A stretch of DNA of 64,000 bases. It comes from Polyangiaceae bacterium (GTDB lineage: Bacteria > Myxococcota_A > Polyangia > Polyangiales > Polyangiaceae). Both the position numbers and the translations under genes were made by a program. Positions 38,881-49,123 of this stretch are shown here, one piece after another. Numbering within the stretch: the first letter of the stretch is position 1; each line of letters begins with the position of its first letter. The notes under the pieces were generated by a model, which worked only from the letters and a program-made list of their open reading frames with translations, was not told the DNA's origin and did not search any database. The stretch is taken from assembly GCA_965222375.1 (NCBI GenBank), contig CBDCTZ010000013.1, forward strand, positions 576,001 through 640,000, given 5' to 3'.

Positions 38881-40140
38881 ATGGTTGTTCTGCCTCGCAC
38901 GCTACTGCCGGACAATGCCTCTGTCGACGAGACCGGCGCTCTGTGGGTTGGTGGTGTCGAAGTGGCTTCCTTGGCCGCGGAATTCGGCACACCGCTGTTC
39001 GTCTACGACGAGGCCCAGCTGCGTGCCCGCTGTCGAGAGGCCATGGCCGCCTTCGAGGGCCGGGTGAGCTACGCCAGCAAGGCGTTCTTGTGCAAGGCCA
39101 TGGCGAAGCTCGTGCATGAAGAGGGGCTGCACATGGACGTTGCCTCAGGCGGCGAACTACACGTCGCCTTGGCGGCGGGGCTGCCCGCGACTCATCTGGT
39201 CATGCACGGCAACAACAAGTCACGAGACGAGCTAGCGCAGGCGATGAAGATCGGAGTGGGCCGCGTCGTCGTGGATTCCTTCGACGAGATGGACCGCATC
39301 GACGCGCTGGTTACCGAAGGAGCGAGCCGGCCAGACGTACTGCTGCGAGTCACCCCCGGCATCGATCCCAAAACCCATGAGCACATCAGCACGGGTCAAA
39401 AGGACTCCAAGTTCGGCTTCGGCGCCGCCGTGGACGCAGCCGAGGCCATTCGACGAGCGAAAAACGCAGATTCCATGAATCTGATGGGCCTCCACGCCCA
39501 CATCGGCAGTCAGATCTTCCAATTGGACCCGTACAGGAACGCACTGGCGGTGCTGGCTCCACTGGTGGCGGGCCTATCGGAGCTGTCTTTGGGCGGTGGC
39601 CTCGGTGTCGCCTACGTGGCAAGCGAGCAAGCCGCAACCCTCACGGAATGGGGCACGATGATCCATGCGGAATGTGAGCGCATGGGCATTGAAGCGAAGA
39701 TCAGTTGCGAGCCCGGACGGTCCATTGCCGCAGCCGCCGCGATCACCATCTACACCGTCGGCACCATCAAGGAGCTGCCGTCGATCCGCACCTACGTGGC
39801 GGTCGACGGCGGCATGATCGACAACCCACGACCCATCCTCTACGGCAGCGGTTATGAGGCCTTCCTCGCCCGCGAAACGGATGCGGAGCGGGACCGTCAA
39901 GTCACTGTGGTCGGCAAGCATTGTGAATCCGGGGACGTCTTGGTCAAAGACGCGTGGGTCCCCAGCGACATCGCGGTCGGTGATCTATTGTGTACGCCGG
40001 TGACCGGCGCCTACGGCTACGCCATGGGTTCCAACTACAACAAGCTGCCGCGCCCCGCGGTCGTCTTCGTCCAAGAGGGCAAGGCGCGCGTGGTCGTTCG
40101 GCGCGAGAGCTACGACGACCTCATGCGTTGCGACGTGTAA
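38881..40140 (+). CDS. lysA: Diaminopimelate decarboxylase
   Basis: GTPLFVYD, YASKAF (PLP Lys), HGNNK, SKFG, HIGSQI, EPGR, GKHCESGD and GAYG motifs. Confidence 0.95.
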   Translation: MVVLPRTLLPDNASVDETGALWVGGVEVASLAAEFGTPLFVYDEAQLRARCREAMAAFEGRVSYASKAFLCKAMAKLVHEEGLHMDVASGGELHVALAAGLPATHLVMHGNNKSRDELAQAMKIGVGRVVVDSFDEMDRIDALVTEGASRPDVLLRVTPGIDPKTHEHISTGQKDSKFGFGAAVDAAEAIRRAKNADSMNLMGLHAHIGSQIFQLDPYRNALAVLAPLVAGLSELSLGGGLGVAYVASEQAATLTEWGTMIHAECERMGIEAKISCEPGRSIAAAAAITIYTVGTIKELPSIRTYVAVDGGMIDNPRPILYGSGYEAFLARETDAERDRQVTVVGKHCESGDVLVKDAWVPSDIAVGDLLCTPVTGAYGYAMGSNYNKLPRPAVVFVQEGKARVVVRRESYDDLMRCDV

Positions 40141-40159
40141 GCCGGTTGCCGCCGCAGCT

Positions 40160-40573
40160 CTAGTTCTTTTTCGGGGCGAACTGCGAGCCGTTTTGGGTCG
40201 AGATGCTCCTGCAGGCTCCTTTGTCGAAGATGAAGCACACGTAGGAGTCACCGTTCATCGCGGAGATCGCCGGCAGAAGCGCCGGCGCGGTCTGCCAGTT
40301 GGTGTTGCAGCTCGCCGTGTTTCCGCTGGCATCGCGGGCGTCGCAGGACACCGCAACAGATCCTTGGGCGTTTTCGGCGTAGACGCTGCAGCTAATGTAT
40401 TCGGTGGAGTTGGCGCTGTTGCGCGCCGTTCCCAGGCTTCCGCACGCATAGGTGGCTCCCACCTTGACGGAGTACTCTGCCTGATACCCCGCCTGGCTGG
40501 GACCAACCCAAAGCCCCATTGCAGCAATGGCCGTCGCCAACAGCAGTGATTTCCAACGCCTCGTCAAGTGCAT
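40160..40573 (-). CDS. Small secreted Cys-containing hypothetical protein
   Basis: GGAGG SD before MHLTRRW; signal peptide ending SQA; six Cys. Confidence 0.7.
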   Translation of the reverse strand: MHLTRRWKSLLLATAIAAMGLWVGPSQAGYQAEYSVKVGATYACGSLGTARNSANSTEYISCSVYAENAQGSVAVSCDARDASGNTASCNTNWQTAPALLPAISAMNGDSYVCFIFDKGACRSISTQNGSQFAPKKN

Positions 40574-40757
40574 GTGCCGTTCCTCCATCGGAGACCACCG
40601 GACTATACACCAATCGCGAGACCGGGGGGTATCTGAATGAGCTTCTTCCGAGATGAGCGTGGGGGGTTCCGACTTCTGGTCACACTTGCTCGTGACGAGA
40701 CGTACCGACTTCTACGTCCGACTGGAGCGGGAGTTCAACGCCCGCGCGCACGGCGGT

Positions 40758-41699
40758 TCAGCGCCTACGAAAACGGTCGATGGCTACGGCGAGCACGATG
40801 ATGCCGCCGGTGAGGATCTCTTGGACCCAATTTGGTACCCCGACATGCGTGCACCCGGTCTTGATCACGGTCATCAACAGCGCGCCAACCAGGGATCCGG
40901 CGATGGAGCCCTGCCCACCTGACAAAGAACCGCCGCCAATGACCACGGCGGCAATCACTTCCAATTCCAGACCGATGGAGTCCGTAGGATCCCCTACGGT
41001 CAGGGTGGCGAATTCCATCACACCCGCCAACCCGGCCAGAGCTCCCGCGAGCACGTAGACCAGGATCGTCACACGCGCGACGGGTACGCCACACAGCCGT
41101 GCGGTTTGCTCGTTGGAGCCGATGGCCACGACGTGTCGACCAAAAACGGTGTATCGCAGCACGATGGCGGCAAGCCCCGCGGTGACGAGAGCGGCCCACA
41201 CGCCTGTCGGCAGCAGCTGCCAGCTGTCAGGCGGCAGAGTGCCCATGAGTTCATCCAGGCCCTTGGGGTCTGCATCGATCTTCTGCTCATTCGCCATGCC
41301 TTTTGCGGCACCGCGCAGCACGCTCATGGTGCCGAGGGTGACGATGAAGGGCGTGATGCGCAGCTTGGCGACAAGCAACCCGTTCACCAGCCCTGCAACC
41401 AGAGCCGAAAGCACCCCGACGCCAGCAGCACCGAGAGGGCCGAGCCCCGAACGCAGGGCTTGAGCAATCACCACGGTGGTCAGCGCCACCGCCGAGCCCA
41501 CGGACAGATCGATTCCGCCATGGATGATCACGTAGGTCATGCCCACAGCGGCCACTGCGACAACCACGGTCTGGCGCGCCATGGTGGACAAGTTGACGCC
41601 CCGGGCGAAGGTCTCTGGGCTGAGTGCCCAGAACAGGGCGTAGACCGCGACAAGAGCAATCAGGGGCCCAAACCAAGGGCGGCGCAAGAGAGCCGTCAT
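40758..41699 (-). CDS. Sugar ABC transporter permease (RbsC-like)
   Basis: GGIDLSVGS, PFIVTLG, AIGSNE..ARLCG and ELEVIAAVVIGG motifs. Confidence 0.92.
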   Translation of the reverse strand: MTALLRRPWFGPLIALVAVYALFWALSPETFARGVNLSTMARQTVVVAVAAVGMTYVIIHGGIDLSVGSAVALTTVVIAQALRSGLGPLGAAGVGVLSALVAGLVNGLLVAKLRITPFIVTLGTMSVLRGAAKGMANEQKIDADPKGLDELMGTLPPDSWQLLPTGVWAALVTAGLAAIVLRYTVFGRHVVAIGSNEQTARLCGVPVARVTILVYVLAGALAGLAGVMEFATLTVGDPTDSIGLELEVIAAVVIGGGSLSGGQGSIAGSLVGALLMTVIKTGCTHVGVPNWVQEILTGGIIVLAVAIDRFRRR

Positions 41700-43177
41700 G
41701 CCCCAGTCGCCTCCGCCAGCAGCTCATGCTCGTTCAGAGCTGCAGCCAAGCGGGCGTCACCCAACACGCCACGGCGCATGACCGCCACGCGATCGCAGAT
41801 CTCCAACAGCTCGCTCAAGGTACTGGAGACCACGACGACCGCCTTGCCCCTAGCGGCAAGCTCATCGATCTGGCCGTGGATCTCCGCGCGGCTCCGGACG
41901 TCAACGCCGCGCGTGGGTTCGTCCAGCAACAACACGTCCACGTCGTGTTGCAGCAGGCGCGCCAAAGCGACCTTTTGCTGATTGCCCCCTGACAGTTCGG
42001 AGCTGGTTTGAGTCACGTCGTGACAGCGGATGCCGAGCTTGTCGACCCAGTGCTGTGCTGCCTTGGCTTCGGCGCGAGGGGATAGCAGGCCCCGGCGACG
42101 AAATGACGCCAGGCTCGAGAGCGTGATGTTGTCTCGAATGCTCTGATCGAGGGCCAGCCCTTCCTGTTTTCGATCCTCGCTCAATAGGCCAACGCCCTGG
42201 TCCAAACGCTGAGTTGGCGAGCCGGGTCCGCTCAAAGCAAGCACGCGCAGCTTGCCTGAGACCACGGGATCCAATCCGAACACCGCGCGCAATAGCTCCG
42301 TGCGCCCTGAACCCACCAAGCCCGCGATCCCGAGTACTTCGCCCCGCCGGAGCTGCAAGCTGGCCTGCTTGGGCAGCGGCGAGCCCTGCAAGTCCTCCAG
42401 CTCGAGCACACATTCCCCGGGGGATCGAGCTTTCTTCTGCCGCTTGGCTACTTCCTGCCCCGCCATGAGCGCAACGAAGCCGTCGTTGTCGGTTTCGGCG
42501 ACTCGCCCGCTCTGGACGACCTTTCCGTCGCGCAGCACGGTGTAGTCGTCCGCGACCCGGCGCACCTCTTCCAGGAAGTGAGAGATGTACAGCACGCTCA
42601 GGCCCTCCGCGGCAAGCGCGCGCACGGTGGATAGAAGGCGGTCCGCGTCCACACGGGATAGGCTGCTCGTGGGCTCGTCCAAAATGAGCAGTTTCGGGGC
42701 CGCCATCGCCAGAGCACGCGCGATCTCCACGAGTTGGCGATCTGCCGGAGACAACTCGGCAACCAACGCATTCGCGCGCAGCCGGCCGACGGCCCCGGTT
42801 ACTCGCTGCAGGACCCCATGAACCAATTCGTCGACTTCGCCTCGGCGCACGAAGCCGCGGCTGGCAGGTTCCACGCCGAGCACGATGTTCTCTGCCACGG
42901 TCAGGTCGGGGCATACTGAAAGCTCCTGGTAAACGATGCCCACACCCCGACGACGAGCCGATAGTGGGCTGTCCGGTTCGTAGCTCTCGGCATCGAGAAA
43001 AAGCCGCCCAGCATCCGCGGGTTGCGCGCCGGCAACGATCTTCATCAGTGTGCTCTTGCCCGCACCGTTTTCTCCAATGACGGCGTGCACCTGTCCCGGT
43101 GCGACTTCGAAGCTCACTTCGGTCAGCGCACGAGTTCGCCCAAACGCCTTGGAAACGCCCTCCAAGCGGAGGCGCAT
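41696..43177 (-). CDS. Sugar ABC transporter ATP-binding protein (RbsA-like)
   Basis: GENGAGKST, LDEPT twice and LSGGNQQK. Confidence 0.93.
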   Translation of the reverse strand: MRLRLEGVSKAFGRTRALTEVSFEVAPGQVHAVIGENGAGKSTLMKIVAGAQPADAGRLFLDAESYEPDSPLSARRRGVGIVYQELSVCPDLTVAENIVLGVEPASRGFVRRGEVDELVHGVLQRVTGAVGRLRANALVAELSPADRQLVEIARALAMAAPKLLILDEPTSSLSRVDADRLLSTVRALAAEGLSVLYISHFLEEVRRVADDYTVLRDGKVVQSGRVAETDNDGFVALMAGQEVAKRQKKARSPGECVLELEDLQGSPLPKQASLQLRRGEVLGIAGLVGSGRTELLRAVFGLDPVVSGKLRVLALSGPGSPTQRLDQGVGLLSEDRKQEGLALDQSIRDNITLSSLASFRRRGLLSPRAEAKAAQHWVDKLGIRCHDVTQTSSELSGGNQQKVALARLLQHDVDVLLLDEPTRGVDVRSRAEIHGQIDELAARGKAVVVVSSTLSELLEICDRVAVMRRGVLGDARLAAALNEHELLAEATGA

Positions 43178-43179
43178 CG

Positions 43180-44181
43180 CTACTTCCCGAGCCACTTGTC
43201 GATCTCGGGCCGAAGCAGGCGCGCGATCTCGGGCTTTTGCATGTTTGCTTTGTCCACCAGGGTCGCGCCCGTGTCGATACGCTTCTCGACCTGGCTGCCG
43301 CGAATGTGGGAGACCTGCGTCTTGACGGCGGTGTAACCCATGTTGAACGGATCCTGCAGCACCAACGCGTCGATCTGACCTGCCTTCACTCCCTGGACCA
43401 GCTTGTCCGAGGCATCGAAGCCAATGAAGCGGATCTTGCCGGCAAGCTTCGCCTTCTGCAACGCAAGCAACATGCCGAAGGTCGTGGACTCATTGGGGCA
43501 AAACACGCCGTTGACGTCCCCCTTTTCCGCGCCCTTTGCGAGCAGCAGGCTTTCGCTGGCAGAGAATGCGGTCTCCGTCGTGGCGCCCCCGTATTGGTTG
43601 TCGCTGACCAGCTGGATGCCCGAGTGTTTCTTGATTCCCTCTAGAAACCCCTCTTCGCGCTCGAAGGTGCTGGCCGAGCCTTCTTGGTAGCGGAGCAGGA
43701 TGACTTTGCCGCTGCTACCAACCAGCTTCGCCATGCGTTCACCCGCCAGCCGCCCGGCTGCGCGGTTGTCGGTCGCGACGAAGCTCACCGTGGCGTCCGC
43801 CGCAAGCGCGGAATCGAAGATCACGACCGGGATCTTCGCGCGCACCGCACCCTTCACGCTGGAAACCAGCGCCTTGTCGTTGAGAGGTGCCAGAACAATC
43901 CCCGACACGCCTTGGGCGGTGAAGCTCTGAACCAAGTCGATCTGGCTCTTGAGGTCGTCCTCTTTCAACGGCCCCTTCCAGACCACGTCGACATCGAGTT
44001 CGCCGGCCGCTTTCATCGCCCCGGCGTGCACGGCCTTCCAGAACTCGTGAGTGGTGCCTTTGGGAATCACGGCGATGCGCAGCCGCCCCGAGGCCGCGCC
44101 ACTTCCGGAAGGTGCCGTTCCACTCTTCTTGTCGCAGCCCAGCAGCAGCAGCGAGCCCCCTAGGAATGTCCTTCTTCTCAC
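43180..44181 (-). CDS. Sugar ABC substrate-binding lipoprotein (Tat-like signal)
   Basis: RRRTFL..LLGC; IAVIPKGTTHEFW, FVATDN, GFD and QDPFNMGY motifs. Confidence 0.9.
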   Translation of the reverse strand: MRRRTFLGGSLLLLGCDKKSGTAPSGSGAASGRLRIAVIPKGTTHEFWKAVHAGAMKAAGELDVDVVWKGPLKEDDLKSQIDLVQSFTAQGVSGIVLAPLNDKALVSSVKGAVRAKIPVVIFDSALAADATVSFVATDNRAAGRLAGERMAKLVGSSGKVILLRYQEGSASTFEREEGFLEGIKKHSGIQLVSDNQYGGATTETAFSASESLLLAKGAEKGDVNGVFCPNESTTFGMLLALQKAKLAGKIRFIGFDASDKLVQGVKAGQIDALVLQDPFNMGYTAVKTQVSHIRGSQVEKRIDTGATLVDKANMQKPEIARLLRPEIDKWLGK

Positions 44182-44276
44182 CCGCTGCTTTCTAACACGG
44201 CAGAAGACGCCCGCCCACGCCCCGTCGTGGGCCAATTGCGCTCGAGGCGGCCAGGTCTCGGCGTAGACTGGGCCGC

Positions 44277-45785
44277 GTGCCAGACGCTCGACTCCAAATT
44301 CTCGATGTGTCCAAGACCTTTGGCAACACCCGTGCCCTGAGCCATGTGTCCTTCGAGGTGCGCGCTGGAGCAGTGCACGCGCTGGCCGGGGAGAACGGAG
44401 CCGGCAAGAGCACGTTGATCAAGATCTTGGCGGGCGTTCACACGGACTACTCGGGCCAGGTCCGCGTGGACGGCGGCTTGCTGCGGTTCAGCAGCCCCCG
44501 CGCTGCCGTGGCCGCGGGCATTGCAACCATCCACCAAGAGCTATCACTGGTTGGGAGCATGAGCGTGGCCGACAACCTTGCCCTGGGAAAGCCCCGCAGG
44601 CTCCTGGGGTTGGCACGGCGAAATAACGTGCGTGCCTGGGCCCGCACGCTCCTTCGTGAACACCGCTTGGACGTCGACCCGGATGCGCTAGTCGAAGAGC
44701 TGCCGCTGGGAAAGCGGCAGCTGATCGAGATCGCCCGGGCGCTGTCTCAAGACGCCAAAGTGCTCATTCTAGATGAACCCACGAGTGCCTTGGGTGAGCA
44801 AGAGGCCGCACAACTCTTCGAACACCTCGAGCGCCTGCGTGATGCGGGCAGGAGCATCATCTACATCTCCCACCGGATGGAGGAGATCTATCGGGTAGCG
44901 TCTAGCATCACGGTGCTGCGAGATGGCCAGCACGTGCTCACACGGAAGATAGCTGAGCTTCCGGAAGCCGAACTGGTCGCAGCCATGGTCGGAGAACAAC
45001 TTCCCCAGAGGACCCAGGCCATCGAGAGTTCGCCGCCCGCGAAACAGGACGTGCCGCGACTCGAGGCCCGCAACCTGAGTGTGGAGTCGTCGGCGGGGCG
45101 GGTGGACGCGGCGACGCTCCGAGCTTTTCCAGGAGAAATCTTGGGCTTGGCGGGGCTCCACGGATCCGGCGCCAGCACACTGCTGAGCGCCCTCGGTGGC
45201 GGCGCGCGCGGCAGGTTGCAAGGGGCGATTTTCTTGGACGGCGGCGAGGTCAAACTGCGGTCGCCGCGTGCAGCAATCGCCCAGGGCGTGATCCAATTGG
45301 CGAGCGACCGAAACGAGAGTGTACTCGCCGAGATGAGCGTTTTGGACAACGCGATGTTGTCCAGTCTGCGACGACACTCTTCCTGGGGCATGCTGCGGCG
45401 AAGCCGAGCGACTGCCATGGTGTCGCAGCATGCAAAGACCCTGAAGCTGAAGACCAGTTCCGTGAGCGCCTTGGCGACGGAGCTGTCCGGCGGTAATCAG
45501 CAAAAGGTAGCGCTCATTCGCTGCTTGCTAACGCAGCCGCGGGTCCTGCTGCTAGACGAGCCAACCCGTGGCATTGACATCGGCGCCAAGGCGGACGTGT
45601 ACCGCCTGATCCGCAGGCTCGCCACACAAGGCGTCAGCATCGTGCTCTCCAGCACCGAGCTCGAAGAGCTATGCGGACTGTGTCATCGCGTTGTCGTGAT
45701 GACGCGCGGCCGGATCGCCGCGGAGTTTGTCCAAGAGGACCTGAAACGCCAGCGCTTGCTCACCGCCATGATGGGAGCTCCATGA
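44277..45785 (+). CDS. Sugar ABC transporter ATP-binding protein (RbsA-like)
   Basis: GENGAGKST, LDEPT twice and LSGGNQQK. Confidence 0.93.
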   Translation: MPDARLQILDVSKTFGNTRALSHVSFEVRAGAVHALAGENGAGKSTLIKILAGVHTDYSGQVRVDGGLLRFSSPRAAVAAGIATIHQELSLVGSMSVADNLALGKPRRLLGLARRNNVRAWARTLLREHRLDVDPDALVEELPLGKRQLIEIARALSQDAKVLILDEPTSALGEQEAAQLFEHLERLRDAGRSIIYISHRMEEIYRVASSITVLRDGQHVLTRKIAELPEAELVAAMVGEQLPQRTQAIESSPPAKQDVPRLEARNLSVESSAGRVDAATLRAFPGEILGLAGLHGSGASTLLSALGGGARGRLQGAIFLDGGEVKLRSPRAAIAQGVIQLASDRNESVLAEMSVLDNAMLSSLRRHSSWGMLRRSRATAMVSQHAKTLKLKTSSVSALATELSGGNQQKVALIRCLLTQPRVLLLDEPTRGIDIGAKADVYRLIRRLATQGVSIVLSSTELEELCGLCHRVVVMTRGRIAAEFVQEDLKRQRLLTAMMGAP

Positions 45786-46792
45786 CGGCCGCAGTGTTGC
45801 GCGCGCTGTCGCATCCGGCGATTCGTGCCGGACTTCCCCTCGTCGCTGTCTTGATCGTCGGGTCCATTTTCCACCGTGAGGGCGCGTTTTTCGAGTGGGA
45901 AACTCACCGCGCCATGCTGCGCGAAATCTCCGTGCACGGTATCTTGGCCTGCGGAATGACCGTGGTGATCATCACGGCAGGCATCGACCTATCCGTGGGC
46001 AGCGTGCTGGCGCTCGCGGCGGTTTCTTTTGCGCTCTTTTCCATGCCCATGGGTTGGTCCGCGTGGCTGTCCATCAGCGTCGTGCTCGCCCTGGGCACTG
46101 TGGCTGGCGCAGTCAACGGCGTGCTGGTGGCGATCCCACGGATTCAGGCCTTCATCGTCACGCTGGCCAGCATGGTATTCGCTCGGGGCCTCGCCAAGGA
46201 ACTTGCCGATGGCAAAAAGGTCACCTCCAGCTTTCAACTGGAGGACGGCAGTTTCACCAGCGTGCCGCAACCCGCCATCTTCGAGACGATCGATGCGCGG
46301 GTGCTCGGGGGACATATTTCCGTGGTCACCCTGGTCTTCCTGGGCTGCGCAGCCGTCACTTGGGTGATCCTGACTCGACTGAGCGTCGGACGTTACCTCC
46401 ATGCCGCGGGCGGCAACCTCGAGGCGGCACGCCTCTCCGGAGTGCCCGTCCGCGCCACCCTCATTTTCGCCTACGCCTTCGCCGGATTGCTCGCCGCCAT
46501 CGCCGGCATTTGCCAAGCCGCGCAAGAAACCCACGGCGACCCGGAAACTGGTTTGGGCTACGAGCTGGATGCGATCGCCATGGTCGTTCTAGGCGGCACG
46601 AGTCTGATGGGCGGCCGCGGTGGCGTCGGGTTGACTCTCGTGGGAGCCCTGACCCTCGGCTACTTGCAAAAAGTGCTGAGCCTGAATGCCTTCAGCACGG
46701 AGGCGCGACTCATGCTGACTGGCGCCATCATCATCGCGGCCGTGCTGTTCCAGCGAGGCTTTCGACTGCGGGCGAAGCCCGGCGGAGCGTGA
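45782..46792 (+). CDS. Sugar ABC transporter permease
   Basis: AGIDLSVGS, GGNLEAARLSG and YELDAIAMVVLGG motifs; ATGA overlap with the upstream gene. Confidence 0.92.
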   Translation: MTAAVLRALSHPAIRAGLPLVAVLIVGSIFHREGAFFEWETHRAMLREISVHGILACGMTVVIITAGIDLSVGSVLALAAVSFALFSMPMGWSAWLSISVVLALGTVAGAVNGVLVAIPRIQAFIVTLASMVFARGLAKELADGKKVTSSFQLEDGSFTSVPQPAIFETIDARVLGGHISVVTLVFLGCAAVTWVILTRLSVGRYLHAAGGNLEAARLSGVPVRATLIFAYAFAGLLAAIAGICQAAQETHGDPETGLGYELDAIAMVVLGGTSLMGGRGGVGLTLVGALTLGYLQKVLSLNAFSTEARLMLTGAIIIAAVLFQRGFRLRAKPGGA

Positions 46793-46859
46793 TCGAATCC
46801 AGGAGTTAGAGGGAGCACACGCACTGACCACGTGCAACCGCAGGCAATCCGGCTTCGCG

Positions 46860-47978
46860 TCAGTGCCGGGCTTCCATCCACGAGATTATCGAGCCGCCCT
46901 CGTTCGTTCCGTAGAGCGAAGCCTCGACGCCGACGAAGCCAACGAAATTCTCTTGGTCATCCAGTATCTGAAGAAGTGGAGCAAGATGCCCACCCCGGGC
47001 GGGATTGGCGCAACCGTTGTTGGTCAGTGCGACGTTTTCCAGCTGATGGTACCAATACACCTTGCGCCCTTCGGGCTGTTTGGGGTCCGCCACGAAGTAG
47101 GTGTGGTAACCCGTCTCGTCGTAGGGAATGGAGGGTTGGTTTGACGTACCCTGCAAGACCGGAGACGAAGCGCACAGTTGATAGCTAGAAAGATAGATTG
47201 TGGTGGCAGCGTTGATCGTTGGCTTGTTCCAGTATTGAGCGTATGTCGTGAGCTTCAACGGTCCGCTTTGCTGTATTGCGCTCGCGGTCGCGGTCGTAGA
47301 CAGCGACGCTTGGGAGCCGAAAGCCTTGGCATACACTGCAGAAACGTTCTCATAGTTGTGGCCCACGATGCTGAGCTCAGCGTATGTGCCATGGTCAATG
47401 GTCTCGTAACGCTCCCAGAACCCGCCTGACCATTGGATGATGATCTGGCCGTCTTCCCAGTCGTAGGTTCCCTCGCGCGTTTTGGGTAGAGCGCCGGGCT
47501 CAAATCCCGCCGAAGTCCAAACACTGCAAACGTAGCTGCAACCCTTGGTGTCGTAGCCGGTGGCGGCCCGCCAGAGATCGATGTTGTGCGGGTCCGGCGT
47601 ATTCTTCTGGCTCCAAATCCAGTAGCGCTCCTGCACTGTACCGTCCTTGGCGAAGAGCCACTTGGACAATCTCGCCACTGCCGCGTTGTGTCGCGCCAGC
47701 ATCAGGGCAAAAACGAAGTACTTCCTCCCCAAGGGAAGGGAGGCCGTTGGGTCCGCGTCGGCATCTGCCTGGGTGTCACCGACTGCGTCCAATGCGCCGT
47801 CACTGGCCGTTGAATGGTCCCAAGCTGAATCGCCGAGTCCCGAGTCCTGCTCTTGGACCCGACCGGGATTGGCCTCATCGCCACAGGCGGCGAGTAGAAA
47901 CGAGAGGAACAGCAGCCGATGTGCCGCGCCGAATCCTAGAAGAGTGCGAACTTCTTCTGTTCTCGTAACCACGACCAC
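46860..47978 (-). CDS. Hypothetical lipoprotein, antisense within the sugar locus
   Basis: LLAAC lipobox, Asp/Ala linker and an aromatic-rich domain; start uncertain. Confidence 0.65.
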   Translation of the reverse strand: MVVVTRTEEVRTLLGFGAAHRLLFLSFLLAACGDEANPGRVQEQDSGLGDSAWDHSTASDGALDAVGDTQADADADPTASLPLGRKYFVFALMLARHNAAVARLSKWLFAKDGTVQERYWIWSQKNTPDPHNIDLWRAATGYDTKGCSYVCSVWTSAGFEPGALPKTREGTYDWEDGQIIIQWSGGFWERYETIDHGTYAELSIVGHNYENVSAVYAKAFGSQASLSTTATASAIQQSGPLKLTTYAQYWNKPTINAATTIYLSSYQLCASSPVLQGTSNQPSIPYDETGYHTYFVADPKQPEGRKVYWYHQLENVALTNNGCANPARGGHLAPLLQILDDQENFVGFVGVEASLYGTNEGGSIISWMEARH

Positions 47979-48139
47979 AATGCAATAGCACGTCTGGAGG
48001 GCTTTCAGAGGCACGCGGCCGCAACCCGCCCGGTCGAGGCTGCAAGGGCCCCCGGGCGAGCCCGCCGCCGAGCGGCCGCCGTCGCGGGGAGCCACCCAAG
48101 AGACCCACCGAGGACTTGATCCGCACGGAAAGCGGCGCG

Positions 48140-49123
48140 ATGAACGACGGCATGCACACCTCCTGGCGCCTCCTGTGCGCACTAGTCGGACTGGCGGCCC
48201 TCGGCTGCAACGACAAGCCCACCGCCGAGCAGGGTCCGGCGTCCTCCGCCAGCGCCAAGGCCAAGGCTTTCGTGATCGGCATGAGCCAGTGCAACTTGGG
48301 CGAGCCCTGGCGGGTACAGATGAATGCCGACATCGCGCAGGCAGCGAAACAGCACGCGACGCTGTCCGTCGTGTTCAAGGACGCCCAGAACGACTCCTTG
48401 CGCCAGAGGGCGCAGGTGGAGGAGTTGGTACAGCAGAAGATCGATCTGCTGATCATCTCTCCAAAAGAGGCAGCCCCTCTGACCAAGCCTGTCGCCGAGG
48501 TATTCAAGCGGGGCATTCCCGTGATTGTCCTCGACCGAGCCGTGCAAGGCGACGCCTACACGACGTTCATCGGCGCCGATAATCAACGCATTGGGCGAGC
48601 GGCCGGCAAGTGGGCCCGAGAGGCTCTCGGTGGCAAGGGAAGCATCGTCGAACTCAAGGGCCTGATGACGAGCACCCCGGGTCAAGATCGCCATAAGGGC
48701 TTCCGGAAGGGACTCGACCTCGCTGCCAACCCCGACCTGAAGATCGTGTTCGAGGCAGACATGCAGTGGCTGGAGCCAAATTCGCGCAAGGAAATGGAGT
48801 CCGCGCTGACCACGCAGAAGTCGATCGACTTGGTGTATGCCCACAACGATCCCGGTGCCCACGGCGCATGGCTTGCGGCGAAGGCCGCCGGGCGTCACGA
48901 GCGGACGAAATTCATCGGCATTGACGCGTTGCCCCACGAAGGAGTGCGCTACGTGAAAGACGGCGTACTGGACGCCACTTTTCTCTATCCCACTGGCGGC
49001 AAGCGGGCGATCGAAGTGGCACTCCAGTTGCTGCAAGGCAAGAAGGCTCCCAAGAAGATCGTGCTTGGAACGAAGCTGTTCACCAAGGACAACGTCGACG
49101 AGGGCGGACAGGAGATCCAATGA
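48140..49123 (+). CDS. Sugar ABC substrate-binding lipoprotein
   Basis: ALGC lipobox; IGMSQCNLGEPWR, DLLIISP, IGADN, YAHND and GIDAL motifs. Confidence 0.9.
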   Translation: MNDGMHTSWRLLCALVGLAALGCNDKPTAEQGPASSASAKAKAFVIGMSQCNLGEPWRVQMNADIAQAAKQHATLSVVFKDAQNDSLRQRAQVEELVQQKIDLLIISPKEAAPLTKPVAEVFKRGIPVIVLDRAVQGDAYTTFIGADNQRIGRAAGKWAREALGGKGSIVELKGLMTSTPGQDRHKGFRKGLDLAANPDLKIVFEADMQWLEPNSRKEMESALTTQKSIDLVYAHNDPGAHGAWLAAKAAGRHERTKFIGIDALPHEGVRYVKDGVLDATFLYPTGGKRAIEVALQLLQGKKAPKKIVLGTKLFTKDNVDEGGQEIQ

